This document shows, one piece after another, positions 28,421 through 36,693 of a stretch of DNA of 36,693 nt. The notes beneath the pieces were generated by a model that worked only from the letters and a program-made list of their open reading frames with translations, searched no databases and was not told where the DNA came from. The stretch is from Candidatus Latescibacterota bacterium. GTDB lineage: Bacteria > Latescibacterota > UBA2968. Every line of letters begins with the position of its first letter. The stretch's first letter is position 1. The stretch covers positions 57,346 through 94,038 of the forward strand of contig JAYODI010000011.1 of assembly GCA_038279365.1 (NCBI GenBank), read 5' to 3'. The translations under genes were made by a program, and so were the position numbers.

Positions 28421-29272
28421 TTATTCAAGTCTGGGCTTGTGCTCTGGCAGATATTCCACATCCGTACGATCCCAAACACTTCGGCCATGCACCGCATGAA
28501 TACCCATGAGTTGCCGTTTTAAGGGTGTATCAGCCCATTTTACAATCCCCGGAGGGGGTGGAGATGCATTCCATTTTTTGATGAAAAATGGCATATATCC
28601 AAAAATGACCAATTTGCGATCCTTATCACTGGTATTGGGCATGCCCGTATGCCAGCAGGTGGTTTCCCAAAGAATCGCATCGCCCGCTTTCATAGTCATT
28701 TTTTTGTGACCTGGCATATCCGTCAAATTCTCTCGTGTATAAATATCCTTCGGAGGCCCCTCTGGTTTGTTCTGTGTGCCCGGCACGAGACTAAAACAAC
28801 CTTGATCCTCACCAATGTCTTCAACAGCATAAAAACATTTGACCTTAAGCACAAACTGAGGATGTTTCCAGGGTGGCCAATCACGATGCCATCCTGTATG
28901 CGCTTTGGTACCAGCGTGATGATTGTGATACAACATTTCCATCGCCTGATAATCCATGCCCACGGTTTCTGAAACCAATGGAAGAATTTTCGGATTGTTC
29001 GCAAGGTCGAGAATGGTCGTATCCCAATCATAATTGGGCCTTATGGTATGTGCGTTTTCACTGTTGCCATACCCTCCCCGAAAGGCACCTGAAGCAAGCA
29101 TGGCTTCCCAATCGGCACGCCCTTCGGCCTCAGCTCGGTGGAAAGCTTCCTGAACCCTTTCGAGTCCAATAGGCTCTACCGCATTCTCGATGATAACATA
29201 TCCCTGCGTGTCGAAGTGCGCGCGCTCCTCTTCAGACAACCCCGGATAAGTCTCTTCTGCTACAACGCCCAT
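28421..29272 (-). CDS. PhyH-family Fe(II)/2OG dioxygenase
   Basis: F...GY.IIENA, GWHRD, VPGT, KAGD....WH...N.S..R; AGGAG RBS. Confidence 0.88.
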   Translation of the reverse strand: MGVVAEETYPGLSEEERAHFDTQGYVIIENAVEPIGLERVQEAFHRAEAEGRADWEAMLASGAFRGGYGNSENAHTIRPNYDWDTTILDLANNPKILPLVSETVGMDYQAMEMLYHNHHAGTKAHTGWHRDWPPWKHPQFVLKVKCFYAVEDIGEDQGCFSLVPGTQNKPEGPPKDIYTRENLTDMPGHKKMTMKAGDAILWETTCWHTGMPNTSDKDRKLVIFGYMPFFIKKWNASPPPPGIVKWADTPLKRQLMGIHAVHGRSVWDRTDVEYLPEHKPRLE

Positions 29273-29496
29273 ACATATCTCCTAAACGAAGGCTTCTTGG
29301 TTTTGTGGTTTCTTCGTGCTTCGGCGTGACACATCTGCTCCAAAATAGCACGTCTCGTCTTTTCTTTCAAGCTTTATGTTACGTGCAATTTAAAATTTAC
29401 CTCAGTGTACGATAAGTGCCAGAATCGTTAGATGGTGAGAATTCTTATTTTCGAAAAACAGTAAGCATTGAAGCATCTTCCAGAACTTTGAGCGTG

Positions 29497-29590
29497 TTGA
29501 CAGATCGACATTTCGTGAGTATATCTGCCAACAAGAGAGAAGACCTATAAAAAAGTATTGGTTGAATTCATAGGTTTATTTTTGTAATTT
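29497..29590 (+). promoter_or_regulatory. Candidate sigma-70 promoters of the two-gene module
   Basis: TTGACA-17nt-TATATC (29497-29525) and TTGAAT-17nt-TAATTT (29562-29590); GAGG RBS before 29606. Confidence 0.45.
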
Positions 29591-29605
29591 TGCAAAGAGG
29601 TTAAA

Positions 29606-29836
29606 ATGTCAGACCATCCCAATAAGCATATTCGTGCCGTAATTGCTTACGCATTGGACCAGGGCTGGACATGTCAAAAAGCGGGTCCACGAGCACATAC
29701 TTGGGGGCGTTTATATTGCCCTCACAGTGATCGCACGGGCTGTGTCAGAGCCATATATTCAACCCCAAAGAATCCTGAAGATCATGCCAAAGATATCCGT
29801 CGAGCTATTGATCGTTGTCCACATCATCTGCCATAG
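29606..29836 (+). CDS. Small basic protein, HicA-like toxin candidate
   Basis: 76 aa; helix-GW-strand-G..AH-WG..YCP..I.STP-helix layout recalls the HicA dsRBD-like fold. Confidence 0.65.
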   Translation: MSDHPNKHIRAVIAYALDQGWTCQKAGPRAHTWGRLYCPHSDRTGCVRAIYSTPKNPEDHAKDIRRAIDRCPHHLP

Positions 29837-29862
29837 ATATGAAACCAAAAAGGCAAATTGTA

Positions 29863-30117
29863 ATGACCAAGTATGAATTCACGCTGATTATCAAAGGGCA
29901 ATTCGAATTGACCGAAGAAATTGCAGATGAATTATTCGAGGCGGGTTGTGATGATGGAACACCTGGCGTTTGCAACGGTGTTTTATCTATTGACTTTCAT
30001 CGCGAAGGAAATTCCTTGGAAGCGGCTATTCATTCTGCCATCACGGATGTTAAATCAGCAGGCTACGCGGTAGAGCGAGCAGAAATCGAAGCAGAAGCAA
30101 TGCCTCAAACGGTCTGA
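29863..30117 (+). CDS. Small acidic protein, antitoxin candidate without an HTH domain
   Basis: YEFTL...D.LFEAGCDD...I.F.RE..SLE.AI.SAI.DV; directly follows the previous gene (ATG 29863 or 29839). Confidence 0.7.
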   Translation: MTKYEFTLIIKGQFELTEEIADELFEAGCDDGTPGVCNGVLSIDFHREGNSLEAAIHSAITDVKSAGYAVERAEIEAEAMPQTV

Positions 30118-30195
30118 TGCGTTCCCCACAAACCAAATGATTTGCGTTAACAACAAAAGACTGAAGAAATCCACACAAATCAATTAAATAGGTAA

Positions 30196-30236
30196 ATAAA
30201 AGCCGCTCACTCTCTAAAGAATGAGCGGCTTTTTAT
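30196..30236 (+). terminator. Intrinsic terminator
   Basis: AAAAGCCGCTCA/TGAGCGGCTTTT stem with U tail. Confidence 0.85.
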
Positions 30237-30431
30237 CTGCTTTAATATGATCGTTCAAAATCTACAGCCCCAACCAATCATTCACATATCACCTTTTGAC
30301 AATGTCACTGCACTTCCTGTTTCAAAACGTAAATAAACCATTGAAACACTTTGAATCACACACTATCTTGTCATCTCCACCATTTAACCACCATAATTCC
30401 ATTCCTTTGCATCCGATCAGAAAGGTCTGAT

Positions 30432-32594
30432 ATGCCCACCGCATTACAACCCACAGGTCTAATGTGCGACTTACTTGCACACCCAGAACGTGCCAAAACC
30501 CAAAACCGCCATCCTCAATTCAGTTGGATCGTTAACGACACCCAAAAAAATGCCTATCAAGAAGCCTATCAAATTCTCGTGGCCTCATCGCTTGAAAAGC
30601 TGGCACAAAATGAAGGAGATTTGTGGAACTCAGGAGAGCCCAATCCGGGTGGTGTGTGGAAATCGGAACCCCAATCCATCAACATCACCTATACCGGTGA
30701 ACCACTCCAATCGCACACCACTTACCACTGGAAAGTACGCACATGGAATGGCGCAAACAACGTGAGCCCGTGGTCTAACCCACAAACATTTCACACCGGT
30801 GAACTCTCCGACACCCACACCACAACGCACTATCCGCTCGAAGTCACCGACGTGGCCCCCACACGCATCGTCCATCTAAGCCCAGACCACGCCTTTATCG
30901 ACTTTGGACGCGCCGCATTTGCCACAATTCAGCTCACCCTCAACAGCCCACAAGATGCAGAAATAGAAATTCACTTGGGCGAAGTACCCGATGGCCCTCA
31001 CGCCATCAATCGCAACCCGGGTGGTGCCAGACGGTATCAAATGATTCCGCTTCAAATCCAAAAAGGCGAACACACCTATCAGCTCAAAATCCCCACAGAC
31101 CCACGCAACACAGGGGCCTTTGCCATTCTCATGCCCGAAGATCTTTTTGAAGTGTATCCTTTTCGGTATTGCGAAATCATCGGCACACCCGTTCCCATTA
31201 CACACGCATCCATTCGCCAACGCACCGTACACTATCCCTTCAACGACACCGCAGCCCAATTCACGTCATCCAGCCGCGTGCTCAACGACATTTGGAACAT
31301 GTGTCATTACACCATGAAAGCCACCAGTTTTTGTGGGTATTATGTCGATGGCGACCGTGAGCGCATTCCCTACGAAGCCGATGGCTACATCAATCAAATT
31401 GGTCACTACGGCACCGATCGCGAATATACCCTTGCCCGTCGCACCAACGAATACCTCATCACCACCCCCACCTGGCCCACCGAATGGCATCTCTACACCG
31501 TGCTCATTGCCTACAACGATCTCATGTTCACAGGCAACATTGCATCCATCGCGCATTATTATGAAGACCTCAAGGCCAAAACTTTGTCTGCTCTCGCCCG
31601 TGAAGATGGCCTCATCAGCACCGAAACGGGCCTGCTCACCGATGCCGTCAAAGACGCCATTCATTTTTCGGGCAAATCATCTGACCACTTCAAATCGGGC
31701 ATTCGAGACATTGTCGATTGGCCCCAAGTAGAGCGCGATGGATACGACATGGTTCCCATCAACAGCGTTGTCAATGCCCTCCACCATCGAGCACTCATTC
31801 ACATGGCCGACATCGCAAGCGCCCTCAACAAACCCAAAGATGCCCAAAGCTTTCGCGCCCAAGCCGCAAAAGTCAAAAAGGCATTTCAAGAAAAACTCAT
31901 CGATCCCATTACAGGCATAGTCATAGATGGCGAAGACAGTACCCACAGTGCCCTTCATGCCAATATCTTTGCACTGGCTTGTGGTCTTGTTCCAGAAGAA
32001 AACCTTGAACGCGTCAAGGCCTTTGTACAATCACGTGGTATGGCCTGTAGTGTTTATGTTTCTCAAATCTTACTCGAAGCACTCTACACCGCAGGTGCCG
32101 ATTCATATGCCCTCTCACGGCTCACCTCCACCGGTGAACGCTCTTGGGCACACATGATCTACGACGTGGGCACCACCATTGCACTCGAAGCTTGGGACAA
32201 CCGCTTTAAACCCAACCAAGATTGGAACCATGCTTGGGGTGCAGCACCGGCGGGTATCATTCCATTTTATATGATGGGCATTCAACCGCTTGAACCTGGC
32301 TTTGGAAAATTGCGCATTGCCCCCCAACTCGGCACACTCAACTGGGCACAGATCACCACCCCCACCATACGAGGCCCCATTACCATCCGCGTCAACAATG
32401 ACCCTGGCAAATCCTTTCACCTCGAAGTGGATCTCCCAGGCAACATCAGCGCACAACTGGCCGTACCCCGTTTTGGCAGCGACGATCCGTCCATTGTCGT
32501 AGATGGCCATCGCATCTTTGGCACAATAGAAAATGACTTTATCACTGTCGATGGCATTGGATCGGGGCACCACACCATTGTACGCACCGTGTAA
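30432..32594 (+). CDS. Alpha-L-rhamnosidase (GH78-like)
   Basis: N-terminal FSW..Q.AYQILVAS..DLWNSG, DFG, DG.RER.PYEAD, DWP, EAW, NHAWG, GI.PLEPGF; ATG 30432 after AAAGG. Confidence 0.88.
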   Translation: MPTALQPTGLMCDLLAHPERAKTQNRHPQFSWIVNDTQKNAYQEAYQILVASSLEKLAQNEGDLWNSGEPNPGGVWKSEPQSINITYTGEPLQSHTTYHWKVRTWNGANNVSPWSNPQTFHTGELSDTHTTTHYPLEVTDVAPTRIVHLSPDHAFIDFGRAAFATIQLTLNSPQDAEIEIHLGEVPDGPHAINRNPGGARRYQMIPLQIQKGEHTYQLKIPTDPRNTGAFAILMPEDLFEVYPFRYCEIIGTPVPITHASIRQRTVHYPFNDTAAQFTSSSRVLNDIWNMCHYTMKATSFCGYYVDGDRERIPYEADGYINQIGHYGTDREYTLARRTNEYLITTPTWPTEWHLYTVLIAYNDLMFTGNIASIAHYYEDLKAKTLSALAREDGLISTETGLLTDAVKDAIHFSGKSSDHFKSGIRDIVDWPQVERDGYDMVPINSVVNALHHRALIHMADIASALNKPKDAQSFRAQAAKVKKAFQEKLIDPITGIVIDGEDSTHSALHANIFALACGLVPEENLERVKAFVQSRGMACSVYVSQILLEALYTAGADSYALSRLTSTGERSWAHMIYDVGTTIALEAWDNRFKPNQDWNHAWGAAPAGIIPFYMMGIQPLEPGFGKLRIAPQLGTLNWAQITTPTIRGPITIRVNNDPGKSFHLEVDLPGNISAQLAVPRFGSDDPSIVVDGHRIFGTIENDFITVDGIGSGHHTIVRTV

Positions 32595-32641
32595 TTTCAT
32601 CACCTATCTAACAGCTCAAAAATCACCTCAAGGAGTACCAC

Positions 32642-34057
32642 TTGTTCACCAATCCAACCCTAAAAGAAAACTGTCGCGCCCACGGCAACCTCAAAATTCT
32701 CAGATTGGCACCCGTTGATCAAAAAGTCACCGTTGACGTTGAATGTAACACACAGCTCTCCGATGAAATCACAGTCACCATCTACGATTTCAACCGCCAG
32801 CTCATCACCCAATCCATACACACCACATCATCCAATTCTTGCACAATAACAGGCTTGCAAAATGATCAAGATTATATGATCGAACTGATTCAATACGACA
32901 AATCAGGAAAAGAATTGGCCAAAAGTCCCACGCGATTGTTCCGCACAGGGTATGTACCTGGCACCGTGGTCAACTACATTCACCCCGAAGATTACACCTT
33001 CATGCCCTCAGGGCGTTCACCCGCCAGCCCCTCAATACTTCGATTGCCAAACGGCGCACTCTTGGCATCACACGATGTCTATTGGGGCAAAGCCGCACAA
33101 AACTTAACCCACGTTTTTATATCTGAAGACAACGGCGCAACATGGGCTTTTCAATCCGAAATCTTTCCATCCTTCTGGACCAAACTGTTTTTCTTCCGCG
33201 GTGCATTATACGCCTTTGGCATGGATGATGAATACGGCAACATGAACATTTTCAAATCCACTGACAATGGCCAAACGTGGAGCGCACCAACCCTTATGTG
33301 CAAAGGGGGTAACCGAGATATTGGTGGCCCGCACAAAGCCCCCATGCCCGTTGTCGAATTCAAAGGACGCCTCTGGACCGCATTTGAACATGGCTCTTGG
33401 TCTTTGCCTACATTTCACGATGCAGGTGTGGCATCCATCGCAGTAGACGACGACTTAATGGTCACAGAAAACTGGACCATTTCAGCATTTTTGCCCTACT
33501 CAAATGATTGGAAAGGTGTCTGTAATGGCATCGCAAGAAGCTACTTAGAAGGCAATATTGTCATCACACCCGAAGATACCATCGTCAACATTTTGCGTTA
33601 CCAAACAGAAAACTGTGAGCCCAACTATGGCCGTGCCATTGTACTCAATATTGACCACAACCATCCAGAAAAATCACCTCAATATGGCAAACTCATCAAA
33701 TTTCATGGCAATTTATCCAAATTTACCATTCGCTACGATGCCGTCACAGACTATTACTACGCCTTGGTCAATCGTGTCACTCAAAAAATACAGCTCAAAC
33801 AACGCAATGTCCTTACCCTCACCCGTTCAAAAGATTTAGACAATTGGGAAATCGTGCGCGATATTCTCAACTTTCAAGACAACGGCTGGAAAGAAGACCT
33901 CACCAAGGTTGGGTTTCAATATGTCGATTGGTTCTTCGATGGAGACGACATCCTCTTTTTGTCACGAACAGCCATCAACAATGCCCACAACTATCACAAT
34001 GCCAATTACCTCACATTCCATCGCATCGAACGCTTTCGAGATTTTTTAGACATCTAA
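32642..34057 (+). CDS. BNR/Asp-box beta-propeller, sialidase-like glycoside hydrolase
   Basis: Asp-boxes SEDNGATW, STDNGQTW, SKDLDNW; LEGN, FQY.DW, SRTA, HNANY; TTG start after AGGAG. Confidence 0.75.
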   Translation: MFTNPTLKENCRAHGNLKILRLAPVDQKVTVDVECNTQLSDEITVTIYDFNRQLITQSIHTTSSNSCTITGLQNDQDYMIELIQYDKSGKELAKSPTRLFRTGYVPGTVVNYIHPEDYTFMPSGRSPASPSILRLPNGALLASHDVYWGKAAQNLTHVFISEDNGATWAFQSEIFPSFWTKLFFFRGALYAFGMDDEYGNMNIFKSTDNGQTWSAPTLMCKGGNRDIGGPHKAPMPVVEFKGRLWTAFEHGSWSLPTFHDAGVASIAVDDDLMVTENWTISAFLPYSNDWKGVCNGIARSYLEGNIVITPEDTIVNILRYQTENCEPNYGRAIVLNIDHNHPEKSPQYGKLIKFHGNLSKFTIRYDAVTDYYYALVNRVTQKIQLKQRNVLTLTRSKDLDNWEIVRDILNFQDNGWKEDLTKVGFQYVDWFFDGDDILFLSRTAINNAHNYHNANYLTFHRIERFRDFLDI

Positions 34058-34094
34058 TCCACCATCGCAACAACCGCTCTTTGAAGGACACACC

Positions 34095-34862
34095 ATGAGC
34101 ATACTCAATCGCTTCTCACTCATCAAACGCAATGCCCTCGTTACTGGGGCTGGCCAAGGCATTGGCCGAGCACTCGCAATGGCATTGGCCGAAGCAGGAG
34201 CCAATGTCGCAGTTGTCGATCGCAATGGTGACACCGCCAAACAAACCGCCAAAGAAATCAATGCACTGGGCGTCAAAACCCTCGCCATTGAAACCGACGT
34301 CACCCAAACCGATCAAGTCAACCATATGGTTGAACACATCATTTCTCAATGGGGACAATTAAATATTGCCGTCAACAACGCAGGCATCGCCATTCGCAGC
34401 CCTGCCGAAAGCATTCCAGATGCCGATTGGGATGCCGTGCTCAACGTCAACCTTAAAGCCGTTTATCTGTGCAGCCGCGCCGAAGCACACGTCATGCTCA
34501 AACAACAATCAGGTAGCATCATCAATCTCGTTTCCATGTCGGCCCAAATTGCCAATCGCCCACAATTACATGCCCACTACAACGCCTCCAAAGCCGGTGC
34601 TCTACAACTCACCAAATCATGTGCCGCCGAATGGGCAAACCGAGGCGTGCGTGTCAACAGCATCAGCCCAGGCCACATGCTCACACCCATGACCCAAAAC
34701 TGTACCGAACAAGAAAAAGCCCAATGGATATCCAATACCCCCATGGGCCGAAACGGAGAACCCTCAGACCTACAAGGCGCAGTCGTTTTTCTCGCCTCCG
34801 ATGCCGCGTCTTACATCACCGGTCATGACCTTGTCGTTGATGGCGGTTACACACTCTGGTAA
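34095..34862 (+). CDS. Short-chain dehydrogenase/reductase (sugar/polyol dehydrogenase-like)
   Basis: TGAGQGIG, NNAG, YNASK, ISPG, ITG..L.VDGG. Confidence 0.92.
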   Translation: MSILNRFSLIKRNALVTGAGQGIGRALAMALAEAGANVAVVDRNGDTAKQTAKEINALGVKTLAIETDVTQTDQVNHMVEHIISQWGQLNIAVNNAGIAIRSPAESIPDADWDAVLNVNLKAVYLCSRAEAHVMLKQQSGSIINLVSMSAQIANRPQLHAHYNASKAGALQLTKSCAAEWANRGVRVNSISPGHMLTPMTQNCTEQEKAQWISNTPMGRNGEPSDLQGAVVFLASDAASYITGHDLVVDGGYTLW

Positions 34863-34903
34863 ATTTTCAAACAGCCAAAACATGCGACCACACATCGAAA
34901 ACC

Positions 34904-34948
34904 ACACGGGAATGAATTCCCGCGCTATTTCACAATGTCCTTCGGACT
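34904..34948 (-). repeat. REP-like palindromic element, copy 2 (inverted)
   Basis: Minus strand AGTCCGAAGGAC-N8-ATAGCGCGGGAATTCATTCCCGTGT. Confidence 0.7.
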
Positions 34949-35017
34949 GAAAATCACAAACCATCAGGTGTTTATGCCCGTACCTGCCACAAATAAAATC
35001 CTAAAGGCCCATTGACA

Positions 35018-36559
35018 ATGTCTTTATCCACCATCGTACTAAACGCATCCATGCTCTACAATGCCTTCATTGCCCAACACGTAGGCATGCAAAACAATAC
35101 GGTCCAACTCGACCAGCGCAATACAGAAGTCTCAACACAAGGCATCATCATCACCGACCCCATTGCGCCAACAGACCAAGACATTACCAACGCCTACACG
35201 ATCCATCGTTGGACCATTCAAACCGATGCCCAAATACCCACAGGAACAACGCTCCACTGTTTTGCCAAAACGGGTTCATCTTATTTCTCTGAAAACAGTT
35301 GGACAGACTGGACGCCCATTGAGCAAAACCACACGCTCACATCACCAAAAGGGCACTATCTCAAGCTTAAATATGTTTTCACCACCACCGACCGTGCATT
35401 ATCTCCAAGCCTCAACAGCGTCACCCTCCAAGCCGAAATAGAATACCAACCATTTGCCACCCCACTCAAAATCATTGAACAACACAACGAACAACTGATC
35501 ACTTCATCCTACACATTTGATTACGAACACCCAGGCGAAAAAACCATCCAAGCATTTATCAAAACCCAAAAACTCAACGAGTTGATCCAAAACCAAAAAA
35601 CAGACCTTGAACGGTTTATTGCGCTCAATCACCACATTGCCCAATTACCCAACACCCGCCACAACATGTGGTCAGAAGCCTATCCTTGGACACTTGATCA
35701 GGTCATTCAGCAAGACAATGAACAAACCGCCGTCAAAGGCCACTGCATGTCTTATGCCAGTGTCCTCATCTCTGCCCTCACAGGTTTGGGTTACCACGCG
35801 CGCCACTGGGCCATTGAAGGCTTTCGTTTTATGAACCACGAGGTTGTCGAAGTTTGGTCCAACGATCTCCAAAAATGGATCTACCTCGACCCATCACTCG
35901 ACCAACACTACACCGACCCCAAAACGGGTGAACCGCTCTCCCTTTTAGAAATGCACAACATCTTCGTCAACACCTTCTTCGAAGCGGGCGAAAATCTCCT
36001 CATGCCCATGGAGCAACAACGTGAACGCATTCAAGAAAAGGGTGGCAAAAACGCTCCCATCCATTGCCAAGATCAAGGGTATCACTACGGCACCTTCACC
36101 ACCAATTACGACTGGGGGTGGTTTCACGGCTACCTCGCCGCAGGTTTTTTGCGCCTCACCACCCGCAACAACTTTCACTCACAACCCGAGCCCGCCTTTA
36201 ACTTTTTTGGCGAAGGCAACGACGAAGACTACGGCTTCCCAAGTTGGGTCGATGCCAAAACCCCACCCAAAACCGACCAAGTCAAAATCTTTAGTGGACG
36301 CAAACGCGATTTCTATTGGACGCTCAACCAAGCTACCTACCGCGCAATACGCACAAGCGAAAACACGCTCACAATAGAACTCGCCAACACCCAACCCTTC
36401 TTCTCGCATTACCACATCACAACAAATGGCACCCCACACACCACAACCAATCACACGTATTTACTCACCCTCACAAAAGGTGAAAACACCTTCTCCGTCA
36501 CACCCATTGATAAATACAAAAAAGAAGGAATAAAAAGCCAGTTCACACTTATTTTTTAG
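35018..36559 (+). CDS. Transglutaminase-like (Cys-His-Asp) domain protein
   Basis: GHCMSYA (Cys), NHEVVEVWSN (His), W.YLDP (Asp); start uncertain (ATG 35018 or TTG 35012). Confidence 0.8.
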   Translation: MSLSTIVLNASMLYNAFIAQHVGMQNNTVQLDQRNTEVSTQGIIITDPIAPTDQDITNAYTIHRWTIQTDAQIPTGTTLHCFAKTGSSYFSENSWTDWTPIEQNHTLTSPKGHYLKLKYVFTTTDRALSPSLNSVTLQAEIEYQPFATPLKIIEQHNEQLITSSYTFDYEHPGEKTIQAFIKTQKLNELIQNQKTDLERFIALNHHIAQLPNTRHNMWSEAYPWTLDQVIQQDNEQTAVKGHCMSYASVLISALTGLGYHARHWAIEGFRFMNHEVVEVWSNDLQKWIYLDPSLDQHYTDPKTGEPLSLLEMHNIFVNTFFEAGENLLMPMEQQRERIQEKGGKNAPIHCQDQGYHYGTFTTNYDWGWFHGYLAAGFLRLTTRNNFHSQPEPAFNFFGEGNDEDYGFPSWVDAKTPPKTDQVKIFSGRKRDFYWTLNQATYRAIRTSENTLTIELANTQPFFSHYHITTNGTPHTTTNHTYLLTLTKGENTFSVTPIDKYKKEGIKSQFTLIF

Positions 36560-36566
36560 ATATCAC

Positions 36567-36604
36567 AAAAAAGCACCCGATCCATACGATCAGGTGCTCT
36601 TTTT
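36567..36604. terminator. Bidirectional intrinsic terminator
   Basis: AAAAAGCACCCGATC/GATCAGGTGCTCTTTTT imperfect stem with tails. Confidence 0.7.
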
Positions 36605-36639
36605 AAAAAATACGATTCAAACAACTTAGAAGACCTTCC

Positions 36640-36693
36640 TTACCCATCCACCCGCTCACCCAACGCACAAGAAGCAGGCGTGCCATCGGCCTC
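36640..36693 (-). CDS. Probable 3' end of a gene entering from beyond the window
   Basis: Open frame EADGTPASCALGERVDG* on the minus strand ending just before the terminator; too short to identify. Confidence 0.4.
   Translation of the reverse strand, partial: EADGTPASCALGERVDG

Noticed and set aside
29543..29575. ACCTAT-N21-ATAGGT inverted repeat as an operator for the HicA-like module
   Set aside because: Only 6 bp with a long spacer in AT-rich DNA; plausible by chance.
11699..30236. A single genomic island or prophage bounded by the two TA-like loci
   Set aside because: No integrase, att repeats, tRNA or phage genes; the intervening DNA has host-like skew and housekeeping genes.
30351..30431. 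TTG-start extension of GH78 as a possible signal peptide
   Set aside because: Not signal-like and lacks an RBS; ATG 30432 has one.
34974..35015. 13-codon ORF (MPVPATNKILKAH) ending at the transglutaminase-like start
   Set aside because: Could be a leader peptide or frameshifted N-terminus, but too short to support without homologue alignment.

Overview
Bacterial chromosomal window with about 32 genes and no rRNA, tRNA, CRISPR array or transposase that I can support. The gene content (a DUF6785-type large permease, four PhyH-family dioxygenases, a sulfatase, an EF-hand/dockerin-like C-terminal tag, glycan lyases and hydrolases) resembles Latescibacterota/Poribacteria-like lineages; this taxonomy is inference. 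Main blocks: (1) a candidate glycosaminoglycan-use cluster (permease, signal-less PL8 lyase, M81 peptidase, secreted heparinase II); (2) a Rid-family gene plus a PhyH-Nudix-like fusion; (3) higBA; (4) an ECF sigma/membrane partner pair; (5) a sigma-54-driven lipoprotein and a DUF2330-dockerin-like protein; (6) infA with a Gly/Arg tail, YprB-like nuclease and msrB; (7) sugar-acid catabolic genes; (8) a TMTC-like TPR membrane protein and a sulfatase; (9) an uncharacterised HicA-like/acidic-partner two-gene module; (10) GH78, sialidase-like, SDR and transglutaminase-like genes. Non-coding signals: strong C-over-G skew on the + strand independent of gene direction, two inverted copies of a REP-like element, and intergenic heptamer arrays. 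All family calls are from motif recognition, not database searches.
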